Positions 1 to 7,762 of a stretch of 46,000 nt of DNA are shown here, piece by piece. The position numbers and the translations under genes were made by a program. Position 1 is the stretch's first letter. Every line of letters starts with the position of its first letter. The notes beneath the pieces are model-generated. The model was not told the DNA's origin. It worked only from the letters and a program-made list of their open reading frames with translations, and made no database searches. The stretch comes from Thermoplasmatota archaeon (lineage in GTDB: Archaea; Thermoplasmatota; E2; JACPAO01; JAHFTW01): positions 1 through 46,000 of the forward strand of contig JBFJXH010000001.1 in NCBI GenBank assembly GCA_041623215.1. The letters run 5' to 3'.

Positions 1-1020
1 GGCAACCCGGAAGACGGCCTGTTCATTGTTGAACGTCCCGGCACCATCCAACATCGGACCGATGGCGGCCTCACGGTGTGGGCCGACCTTCGTGACCGCG
101 TTGGCAGCAACGGACAAGAGCAGGGCTTGCTCGGCCTAGCGTTCCACCCAGACTTCCACGCCAACGGGGCCGTGTTCGTCAGTTACACCGACGCCGCCGG
201 CACATCGGTCCTGTCGCGCTTCAAGGCCAACCCCTCCACATTGTCTTTCGATGAAACGAGCGAAGCAATCTTGCTCGAGGTGGACCAGCCCTATGGCAAT
301 CACAACGGCGGCCACATCGCCTTTGGGCCCGATGGATACCTGTACCTTGGCCTCGGTGACGGCGGCTTGGCCGGTGACCCGCATGGCCATGGGCAAGACA
401 AGATGACCTTGCTCGGGTCACTCCTGCGGCTCAAGGTCGGGGCGGACGGCCCGTACGAAGTGCCTTCCGACAATCCGTTCGTAGGCGACCCATTGGCGCG
501 TGACGAGGTGTGGGCCTCTGGCCTTCGTAACCCCTGGCGCTTCAGTTTTGACCGCACCGACCTGGGTGGGACGGGCGACTTGTGGATGGGTGACGTTGGC
601 CAAAACTGTGCCGAGGAAATCAACCACCAGCCGGCAGCCAGCACCGGTGGCGAGAATTATGGCTGGAGCCGCTACGAGGGCAACCGCCTCTACGTTGCCC
701 CGACTCAGTGCTTGACGCCTGACGGCGGGCTACCCGAAGACGTGGTGTTCCCCGTCCATGAATACCGGCATGACTCAGCCGGGCACTGCAGTGTAACGGG
801 TGGCGTCGTGGTACGCGACCCCGCCTTGCCGCGCCACCAGGGCAACTACCTGTTTGGCGACTTCTGCACCGGCGTCATCTGGACTATGGCTGGCCCCGAC
901 GGCGAGGTCACCAAGGCGCTTGACACCGACCTCAGAATCAGCAGCTTTGGCGAGGATGCCAGCGGCGGCGTCAACGTTGTCGATTTGCAGGGTGCCGTCC
1001 ACCGCATCATTGCGCGCTAG
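1..1020 (+). CDS. PQQ-dependent glucose/sorbosone dehydrogenase-like beta-propeller protein (5' end lies outside the window)
   Basis: Frame 1 is open from base 1 (GNPEDGLFIVERPG...) into listed ORF 76..1020. Motifs LLGLAFHPDF, NHNGGHIAFGPDGYLYLGLGDGG and SGLRNPWRFSFD are typical of the soluble GSDH/YliI-type family. Confidence 0.8.
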   Translation, partial: GNPEDGLFIVERPGTIQHRTDGGLTVWADLRDRVGSNGQEQGLLGLAFHPDFHANGAVFVSYTDAAGTSVLSRFKANPSTLSFDETSEAILLEVDQPYGNHNGGHIAFGPDGYLYLGLGDGGLAGDPHGHGQDKMTLLGSLLRLKVGADGPYEVPSDNPFVGDPLARDEVWASGLRNPWRFSFDRTDLGGTGDLWMGDVGQNCAEEINHQPAASTGGENYGWSRYEGNRLYVAPTQCLTPDGGLPEDVVFPVHEYRHDSAGHCSVTGGVVVRDPALPRHQGNYLFGDFCTGVIWTMAGPDGEVTKALDTDLRISSFGEDASGGVNVVDLQGAVHRIIAR

Positions 1021-1041
1021 GCCCTCGTGCCAACCGCGACA

Positions 1042-1839
1042 TCAAGCTACGCCGTACAAGTCTTGCAAGCCCAAGATGTCGCCGTCACCTAGGGTGCGAC
1101 CGTGGGTTTCACCGAAGTTCACGTAGGCGTACATTGTGAGGCAGCTGTTGGCTCTAGCCGGGCCCTTGGGGTGGTCAAGGCCGAAGGTGTGGCCCAATTC
1201 GTGCGTGCCCACATGCAGGACATCCATGGCATTGCTCGAACCGTCGGTGGCCCACGCATAGGCGGTGTTGTACTGGGCGTCTGACTCCACGGCTTGGCCG
1301 CTGCCCCGGTAGAACCACGTGGTCGTCACCGCGACCGTGCTCGTTGATCCAAGGTCCACGAAGTCAATTTGGTTCACATCGTCCAATTCGCCTGCGATGC
1401 CCATGCTGCCTGCGGTTACGCCGGCAAAGAGGTCTGCTCCGGTTGCGGCGTCCCACTCCTGGCCCGCCTGGTCGAACAGGCTAGCGTGCTGGCTTGCGTA
1501 GGCCGAGAAGGGCCTGAGCCACTGGTGGCCAGTGAGTCCGTACTTGTCCGACTCGCAATCGGTGCCAGGGTCCGGCGTGGAGTCGTCCTTGCCGCCGCCT
1601 TTGCCGCCGCCCTTTCCTTCAGGTTTCGCCTGCAAATGGTCCGGCGCTAGCCGCGTGTAGTGAGTGACGTACCACAATTCGTCATCTTCCGGTCCCGCTT
1701 CCAGCACGACTCGACCATATTCGTCGAGTACACGGAAGCCTTGCTTGCCTTGATTCTCGCTTCCAGCTTCGGCCGGGGCTACGCCCAACAGAAGGAGCGC
1801 CACGAGCAGGGATACAAGTCCTGCTGACTTACCACGCAT
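1042..1839 (-). CDS. secreted matrixin-like (M10-type) zinc metalloprotease
   Basis: N-terminal signal peptide (LVSLLVALLLLGVAPAEA). Zinc site HELGHTFGLDH (HExxHxxGxxH) followed by a Met-turn-like CLTMYAY. Confidence 0.8.
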   Translation of the reverse strand: MRGKSAGLVSLLVALLLLGVAPAEAGSENQGKQGFRVLDEYGRVVLEAGPEDDELWYVTHYTRLAPDHLQAKPEGKGGGKGGGKDDSTPDPGTDCESDKYGLTGHQWLRPFSAYASQHASLFDQAGQEWDAATGADLFAGVTAGSMGIAGELDDVNQIDFVDLGSTSTVAVTTTWFYRGSGQAVESDAQYNTAYAWATDGSSNAMDVLHVGTHELGHTFGLDHPKGPARANSCLTMYAYVNFGETHGRTLGDGDILGLQDLYGVA

Positions 1840-1862
1840 GCGGAAAGATAAACCGCCATCGT

Positions 1863-1868
1863 CTTAAG
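1863..1868 (-). promoter_or_regulatory. TATA-like CTTAAG box 24-29 nt upstream of the metalloprotease ATG (1839)
   Basis: Isolated AT box in GC-rich spacer. The same spacing and core recur upstream of many genes in this window (see finding). Confidence 0.3.
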
Positions 1869-2495
1869 TCATACCCCATTGCCCGGGGCCCGGTCAAGCC
1901 ACCATTGAAGGATATGGATGCAGTGGTGGCCATGGAGCCATTCGGGCCCGAGACTGATGGTGCCGTTTACCATGCTGTCAAGCAAGTCATGCTCATCAGG
2001 GGCGAACGGGCGGTGATCCGAGAGAACGAAGGTTGCTAACGACGGCTCACCGATGCTTGCTTGATCCGCCCCTGCTGCTGACGGTCCCAAAGGGGTGCCG
2101 TCGGCATCAAGCGCATAGAGTGGTGCGCCGTCCAAGTCCATGAGGACCTCTCGTAAGGCGTAGGGGGCAGCCGCCAAGCCGGGCTGCACTTCATTCCACC
2201 ACGGGTCGGGGTGGCGGGCCTGCAAGGCCTGTTGGATACGCGCGGCAGTGCTTCGCTCGTCAGGATTGAGCTTGCGAATGGACGCTCCGTCGAATCGAAT
2301 GGCGGCCGGCGCGGCCGGGTCAGCCACGAAAACAAGGATGACTTGCGTATCCGCCCGCAGACCGTGGCTGGTGCACAAGGCGGCAGTTACAGCACGGGCC
2401 AGCACATCGACACGGCCTCCGGCCCCCGGCAAGTCGTCGAGGGGCCACTGGCCGTCGGGCGGCGTGGTGTGGCTTACCAGCACAAAGGTTCTCAT
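1869..2495 (-). CDS. trmY: tRNA (pseudouridine54-N1)-methyltransferase TrmY (SPOUT/DUF358)
   Basis: MRTFVLVSH...DDLPGAGGRVDVLARAVTAALCTSHGLRAD...IRKLNPDERS...FVLSDHRPF...ISLGPEWLHGHHCI aligns by eye along its length with the archaeal TrmY pattern (DLPG..GR.D.L.R......LSH..R.D, PDER, H.NHCI). Confidence 0.8.
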   Translation of the reverse strand: MRTFVLVSHTTPPDGQWPLDDLPGAGGRVDVLARAVTAALCTSHGLRADTQVILVFVADPAAPAAIRFDGASIRKLNPDERSTAARIQQALQARHPDPWWNEVQPGLAAAPYALREVLMDLDGAPLYALDADGTPLGPSAAGADQASIGEPSLATFVLSDHRPFAPDEHDLLDSMVNGTISLGPEWLHGHHCIHILQWWLDRAPGNGV

Positions 2496-2734
2496 CGCGG
2501 GGACTCCGAGTCCGCAACGCCGTGTTGGGGGCCTTCAGCGTGTGCGGCGTTGTCTGCGCGGGCTTCATCGGCATCCGGCTCGTCAGGCGTCCCTGCGGGG
2601 GCGGTGGAGGGTCGGCGCGCATCCGCTTCGCCATCTGCGTTCCACGATTTTCTCGTGGGCAGCCATAGAATGCCAAATAGTGCCAGTCCGACGGCCCCCA
2701 AAACCAGGGCGGCCACCAGCCACCCGGCCATCAT
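2492..2734 (-). CDS. small single-pass membrane protein with acidic/Pro-rich tail (hypothetical)
   Basis: 80-aa ORF. Its ATG overlaps the SRP54 stop (ATGA at 2731-2734) and its stop overlaps the TrmY ATG (ATGA at 2492-2495). It has one hydrophobic helix (WLVAALVLGAVGLALFGILWL). Confidence 0.5.
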   Translation of the reverse strand: MMAGWLVAALVLGAVGLALFGILWLPTRKSWNADGEADARRPSTAPAGTPDEPDADEARADNAAHAEGPQHGVADSESPR

Positions 2735-4083
2735 TTCTGAAACCGAAGTTGCCGCATGAGATTCTTCTGCATCTTCCGGTTGGATGAAAGCCCCTTCATC
2801 ATGCTGCGTGTTGTATCGTAGTACTTCAGCAAAGCGCGCACCTCCTTGACGTCGCGACCCGAACCTCGGGCGATGCGGTGAATCCGACTCGACTTGATGA
2901 GGCCGGGATTCTCCCGCTCCTCGTCCGTCATGGAATCAAGGACGACACGGAAGTTACCCAGTTGTTCCTGGGTCCCTTCCATGTTACGGCCTTGCAACTG
3001 TGCGCCCATGCCGCCCGGCAGCATCTGGGCCACCTTGCCGAGCGGGCCCATTTTCCCAATCATGTCCATTTGCGCCCGCATGTCGTTGAGCGTGAACTTA
3101 CCACTCATCATCTTGCGGGCCATCTTGTCCGCATCCATGCCTTGCGCCGCTTCCTGCGCCTTTTCGAGCAAGGCGTCCAAGTCGCCCATGCCAAGCAGGC
3201 GGCCAATGAAGCGTTTGGGCTCCAAGGGCTCCAATTCATCGATGTGTTCACCGGTGCCGATGAACACAACGGGTGCCCCCGTAGCAGCCACGGCGGACAA
3301 GGCACCGCCACCCTTGGCCGTGCCGTCCAGCTTGGTGATGATGGTGCCGGTGAGGCCAACCGCCTCATGGAATGCGGTTGCTTGGGATTCAGCTTGTTGG
3401 CCCACTTGGGCGTCCATGACGAGGAATTTCTCGTCCGGGTTGGCTGCTTCAAAGATGGCCTTCATTTCGTCAATGAGGCCGCCCTCTAACTTGTCGCGGC
3501 CCGCCGTGTCAACAATGATGACGTCGCACTTGCGCCGCAGTTCCGCCAGGCCACGTTCAACGATGCCGACGGCTCGGTCTGAGCCGTGCGTTTCCCCGCC
3601 CTTGACGGTTTCCCCGTAGAACTGGCAATTGACCTTCTCCGCCAACGTCTTGAGCTGGTCGTGCGCGGCTGGCCGGTGCACGTCGCCGGCAATGACGCCG
3701 ACGCGCAATCCCTTGCGCTTGAAGTAATGGGCCAACTTGCCCGTGGTGGTGGTCTTACCTTGACCGTACAGGCCCACCATCATGATGACTTGCTTCTTGA
3801 GGCCAATCTTGCGAGGCTCGCCGAGAAGACCCACCAATTCGTCGTGGACAATGCGAATCACGTGCTCGCGGTTCGACATGCCTGCTGGTGGCTTCTCCTC
3901 CAAAGCACGCTTCTCGATGACTTTGCTCAGCGCTAACACTTGCCGGACGTTCATGTCGGCGCCCAGAAGTGCGCGTTGGATTTCTCGCGTCACTTCTTTG
4001 ACGAGCGCGGCGTCGATGCGTCCCGCGTTGGCAATCTTCTTGATGGTGCCCCGGAGCGAGTCGCCCAGGCCCTCCATGACCAT
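2731..4083 (-). CDS. srp54: signal recognition particle protein SRP54
   Basis: GTPase boxes GLYGQGKTTTTGKLA, DTAGR and TKLDG, and a Met-rich M domain (KMARKMMSGKFTLNDMRAQMDMIGKMGPLGKVAQMLPGGMG). Confidence 0.95.
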   Translation of the reverse strand: MVMEGLGDSLRGTIKKIANAGRIDAALVKEVTREIQRALLGADMNVRQVLALSKVIEKRALEEKPPAGMSNREHVIRIVHDELVGLLGEPRKIGLKKQVIMMVGLYGQGKTTTTGKLAHYFKRKGLRVGVIAGDVHRPAAHDQLKTLAEKVNCQFYGETVKGGETHGSDRAVGIVERGLAELRRKCDVIIVDTAGRDKLEGGLIDEMKAIFEAANPDEKFLVMDAQVGQQAESQATAFHEAVGLTGTIITKLDGTAKGGGALSAVAATGAPVVFIGTGEHIDELEPLEPKRFIGRLLGMGDLDALLEKAQEAAQGMDADKMARKMMSGKFTLNDMRAQMDMIGKMGPLGKVAQMLPGGMGAQLQGRNMEGTQEQLGNFRVVLDSMTDEERENPGLIKSSRIHRIARGSGRDVKEVRALLKYYDTTRSMMKGLSSNRKMQKNLMRQLRFQK

Positions 4084-4106
4084 GTGTTTCGCGACAGAGG
4101 GGCCGG

Positions 4107-4114
4107 TGATAAGG
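4107..4114 (-). promoter_or_regulatory. TATA-like box (CCTTATCA on minus strand) 24-31 nt upstream of the srp54 ATG
   Basis: Only AT-rich patch at that spacing in the 93-nt spacer. Confidence 0.3.
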
Positions 4115-4176
4115 CGACCGCCGCACGCGGCCTTGGTTCAAGCTTGAAGCAAGCGGTTCAGGTTCGACGGGTTCCA

Positions 4177-4914
4177 CTAACAGGCATACGATTGCAGCAC
4201 TGTCGTCATGGTGGTCCCCTGCGCATCAATGGATACTTCCTTGACCGTGCCACATGCGGCGTCCGCGTGCCATGTGGTCGTGGTCGTGCCGTCGCGGGCC
4301 TGCTGCGTAATTCGGTAGGCTTGGAATGTGCCAGCTGGCACGGTGACGGTTTCCAGGTCATCGACGCGAAATGTCGTCGTCTCGCTATGGCCGTCCTGGC
4401 GCTTGCAGGAGCTTGTCCATGAATTGCCAACCTCGAGGGGCCAGTGGTAGTGGCGGCAAGGTTGCTCGTACTCGGCGGTGCCGTTGAAGGTCTCCCCCAA
4501 TGCGTTCACTTCAAACGAGGAACGCAGCAAGGCATGGTCTGACGTCCGCATCCAGGAGGTCGTGTTGGTGGTCCCGAAGCCGCCCCCCACGTGGGTGGCA
4601 TGAATGCGCTGGCTGATGCGGTACGCTTCGTGGGTGCCCCCGGCGGCCGTCATTGACTCAACCGCTTGGACCTCTTCGATGATGGTGCTCACGACCCCTG
4701 GCCGCTCGCTGGAGTAGTTCCAGATATCGCCGATCACCAGGTCATACGGGACGGCACCCCATGTGTGGCCTGCGTCCTCGTCGGCTCGGTCCGTGGTCGG
4801 GCCCCCCTCGGCGTCGGGTTGTGGGCTAGTGGTGCAGCCTGCCATCATCAACAGACCTACGGCCAGTAGGACTGGCGCAAGGCGCCCGAGAGCCACGCGA
4901 TACGAGATTGGCAC
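4177..4914 (-). CDS. putative lipoprotein, unknown function
   Basis: GTG start. Signal peptide ends in the lipobox-like LMMAGC. The mature part has 4 further Cys, the last being the C-terminal residue. Confidence 0.65.
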   Translation of the reverse strand: MPISYRVALGRLAPVLLAVGLLMMAGCTTSPQPDAEGGPTTDRADEDAGHTWGAVPYDLVIGDIWNYSSERPGVVSTIIEEVQAVESMTAAGGTHEAYRISQRIHATHVGGGFGTTNTTSWMRTSDHALLRSSFEVNALGETFNGTAEYEQPCRHYHWPLEVGNSWTSSCKRQDGHSETTTFRVDDLETVTVPAGTFQAYRITQQARDGTTTTTWHADAACGTVKEVSIDAQGTTMTTVLQSYAC

Positions 4915-4936
4915 CGCGCCTGAACTCGGATGTTGC

Positions 4937-4943
4937 TATTTAT
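4937..4943 (-). promoter_or_regulatory. TATA box (ATAAATA on minus strand) 23-29 nt upstream of the lipoprotein GTG start
   Basis: Strongest AT heptamer in the 4915-5064 divergent spacer. Confidence 0.4.
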
Positions 4944-5017
4944 GGCCGCGGCCGCGCACGGTTAGCCGTATAACCGGGACGCCGGGGGATAAGGGGCCTT
5001 TTGCCTAGGGTCGAAAT

Positions 5018-5035
5018 GGGGACTGGGGACTGGGG
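5018..5035 (+). repeat. tandem heptamer GGGGACT (2.5 copies) within a cluster of G-runs
   Basis: Read directly: ggggact ggggact gggg. Further G-runs lie at 4984-4988, 4993-4996 and 5008-5010. Confidence 0.9.
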
Positions 5036-5064
5036 CTAAGTGAAGAAAGCATGAGCGTTTCCCT

Positions 5065-5655
5065 ATGTTCGGTCAAAGACTACGAACTATTGCCTTTGCA
5101 AGTCTCCTGTTAGTGGTGGCGCTCACGGCGCCCCTCGTCGCCTACGCAGGCGTGACCGCTGTTTGGCCTGGCAGTGACCAGACCGCAGCCGTCGCGACGT
5201 CGCCTCCGGTGTCCTTTGCCGCTGGCTCCGACCATAGTGCCGCCAACACGGCAGGCTTTGCCGGAGCCTTCACCGAGGCCAACGATGGCGCTTCCTACAC
5301 CCTCACGCTGTCTGGCTTGTCAGGGGGAAACTTGACTGTCGATGACCTCGTTACCATCACGGCAAACTCCGCCGTATCGACCTTCAAACTCGAAATTGAT
5401 ACCGCCTTGACGGGGACGCTTACCAATCCAACCGTGTTCAAGATGAGACTATGGACGGGGGGAACCGCTCCAACCGCCGACAATAGCGCGGGCGTTTGTG
5501 CAGTCCTGGATCTTGAGGCGACGGCCGGCACGGAAACCGCCGCGACGTGTGCCGGCAACCAGAGCGTCAAGGTCCAAGTTGTTTACGTCCTGCCTGATTC
5601 CGCATCAGGTTCCAGCACCGTCACGATACGACCCTCCAGCGTCGCCTTTGCGTGA
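5065..5655 (+). CDS. small secreted Thr/Ala/Gly-rich protein, possible TasA/camelysin-like substrate of the downstream signal peptidase
   Basis: Sec-type signal peptide (IAFASLLLVVALTAPLVAYA) followed by GVTAVWPGSDQT. It lies 16 nt upstream of the peptidase gene on the same strand. Confidence 0.65.
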   Translation: MFGQRLRTIAFASLLLVVALTAPLVAYAGVTAVWPGSDQTAAVATSPPVSFAAGSDHSAANTAGFAGAFTEANDGASYTLTLSGLSGGNLTVDDLVTITANSAVSTFKLEIDTALTGTLTNPTVFKMRLWTGGTAPTADNSAGVCAVLDLEATAGTETAATCAGNQSVKVQVVYVLPDSASGSSTVTIRPSSVAFA

Positions 5656-5670
5656 CGCATGGGGTAGGAG

Positions 5671-7752
5671 ATGGCTCGCCTTGACCTTCTCCGCACGCGC
5701 CTCTTGGCCCTAGCAGCTGTAACCGCCTTGTCCGTGGGAGCGACGCTCGCCCTCGATACATTCAGTCCGGTGCGAACCTTCGTGGTATCGTCGGACAGCA
5801 TGGAACCCGCCATTCCCGTCGGCTCGATGGTTTGGGTCCGGGTTGGCGAACAACCTGAACTAGGCGACGCCGTGGTCTTCGAATCGCCCCTTGGTGGCCC
5901 TTTTGTCCACCGCGTAATCGAAATGACCGAGGCCGCCAACACGACTCAATACGTCACCAAGGGTGACAATCTGGCTGACGTCGACTCAATTCTTGTGCGG
6001 CCGGTGGATGTCATCGGCCGCGTCACGCACGTAGAGCCGGACTTGGGCAAGGCGTGGTTGATGCCCAAAACGGTCGCCATCGGACTGTTTGGGGGCGCCG
6101 TGATTGCCTATCTCGCACTAGCATTGCTCGAGGCAAGCAGGGTCCGTCAGAGCGACCTACTTGCGGCGCTGCTGGTGGCTGCCGTACTTGCCTCGCCGGC
6201 TGCCGGAGCGGGCATGGAGGTCCAGGAGCCAGCATCCACCACGACGGCTAATCTCAGCTCCGGCCATGCTTGGGTCCCCGGGCCGGCAGGCGCCACAACG
6301 GTGAGCCAAGGGGGTCATGACGCCACGGTGAATATCACGCCGGAATCCGTTGGCATTTGGAAGGAGGTTGTTCTGTGGGCCTGCCACGCGGATCAACCCG
6401 GAGAGGCTGGATGCCAACACACGCTGCCGGCTACTTGGACTGACGTGCTGGCATCATCGCATCGACTCCAGACCTACAGTCCCAATCCCACCCTCTACCT
6501 GGAAGCAACTCTCGCCGCACCTTCCGGGGGCTTAGCCCAGGCACGCCTCGTGGATACCGGAACCAGCAACGCTGTGACAGGCAGCGAGGTCTCCACGAGT
6601 GCCACGTCGCCCACGCTGCTTCGAAGCAGCGCCATTTCCCTTACCGCTGGCAGCGACTACGCGGTTAGCGTGCAAGCGTCGCCAGCAGGCGGCAGCCTGA
6701 CCAGTGCCAAGCTACTGGTGTACGTTGAAAACGCTACGACGCTGAGCACTGTCGTGCCGATAGCGGGAGGAGACAAGGCCTCTGGCGACGTGTCTGAGGA
6801 ACACGATCGCGGGCATCACTGGGTGTACGAGCCTAGTAGTGGTGAAACCGCCGTGGAATTGGTGGTGTGGGCGTCTGCCAGCGACAAGGGCATGCGGGTG
6901 GAAATTGTTGACGTAGCAACCCAGACGCGTGTGGTGGAAATCAAAGACCCGCAAGGCTCTCCAGGCCGCTACGTGAAAGACTTGACCGGCCTTCTTACGG
7001 CTGGCGAAGCGTACATGGTGAAACACAGGACCAGTATCGCTGATGCCGAACTTCATACGGCACGAATTATCATTACGCAAACCAACCCCGCCACCACGTG
7101 GCGCTACGTTCACCTGGGCTACGGCGGCAGCCTCAATGCAACAGCCTACGCTGACTTGCATGGACAAGCAGGCACTGACAGCAACGAGGCGCCAGGCAAC
7201 TGGACCTTGGCGGCCACTGGCCAGCACACAACTGATGTTGGCCGGATTCGCCTATTGGCAGGGGCCACGGTCGCGGCCGAAGTGCAGGCGTTTCATGGGA
7301 CCATGGCACGCCATGCGGTGGCTGCGGCTGTGCTGCCGGGAAACCGGACGCTGCAGTTGCAGGCGGAGGTTGACAGCGGCACCTTGGAATTGCGAGGTGC
7401 CTGGTTGCGGGCTAACCAAGCGATTGCCACGCATGCTACGTTCGACTATGTGCTGGAAGTGAGCAGCGCCGGATGCACATGGAATTACTGGCTCGCAGTG
7501 CAAGCTAGCTCTAACGTGGGGCGACTTGAAAACTTGCAAATCTGGTTCGACAACGGAACGGGGGCTCAAGTGCACATTTCGCAAGGCGTCATCCACCAAG
7601 CCACGGGAGTGGCGGAGGCGCATGCAGACGGCTTGCAGCACATTGTGATGGCGGCCACCAGCTCGGCCGGCTCCAGTACTCTTGAGGTCGAGCAGCACGC
7701 CAGTTGTGGCGGACTTCACAGAGTCCAATTTGTGACGTACAACGTCGGGTGA
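5671..7752 (+). CDS. archaeal-type signal peptidase I (S26B, SipW/Sec11-like) fused to a large C-terminal extracellular domain
   Basis: N-terminal TM helix, Ser box SSDSMEP, His box FVHRVIE, TKGDN box and two further hydrophobic helices. About 520 further residues follow in the same frame, with three degenerate internal repeats. Confidence 0.8.
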   Translation: MARLDLLRTRLLALAAVTALSVGATLALDTFSPVRTFVVSSDSMEPAIPVGSMVWVRVGEQPELGDAVVFESPLGGPFVHRVIEMTEAANTTQYVTKGDNLADVDSILVRPVDVIGRVTHVEPDLGKAWLMPKTVAIGLFGGAVIAYLALALLEASRVRQSDLLAALLVAAVLASPAAGAGMEVQEPASTTTANLSSGHAWVPGPAGATTVSQGGHDATVNITPESVGIWKEVVLWACHADQPGEAGCQHTLPATWTDVLASSHRLQTYSPNPTLYLEATLAAPSGGLAQARLVDTGTSNAVTGSEVSTSATSPTLLRSSAISLTAGSDYAVSVQASPAGGSLTSAKLLVYVENATTLSTVVPIAGGDKASGDVSEEHDRGHHWVYEPSSGETAVELVVWASASDKGMRVEIVDVATQTRVVEIKDPQGSPGRYVKDLTGLLTAGEAYMVKHRTSIADAELHTARIIITQTNPATTWRYVHLGYGGSLNATAYADLHGQAGTDSNEAPGNWTLAATGQHTTDVGRIRLLAGATVAAEVQAFHGTMARHAVAAAVLPGNRTLQLQAEVDSGTLELRGAWLRANQAIATHATFDYVLEVSSAGCTWNYWLAVQASSNVGRLENLQIWFDNGTGAQVHISQGVIHQATGVAEAHADGLQHIVMAATSSAGSSTLEVEQHASCGGLHRVQFVTYNVG

Positions 7753-7762
7753 CTGGGCTAGT

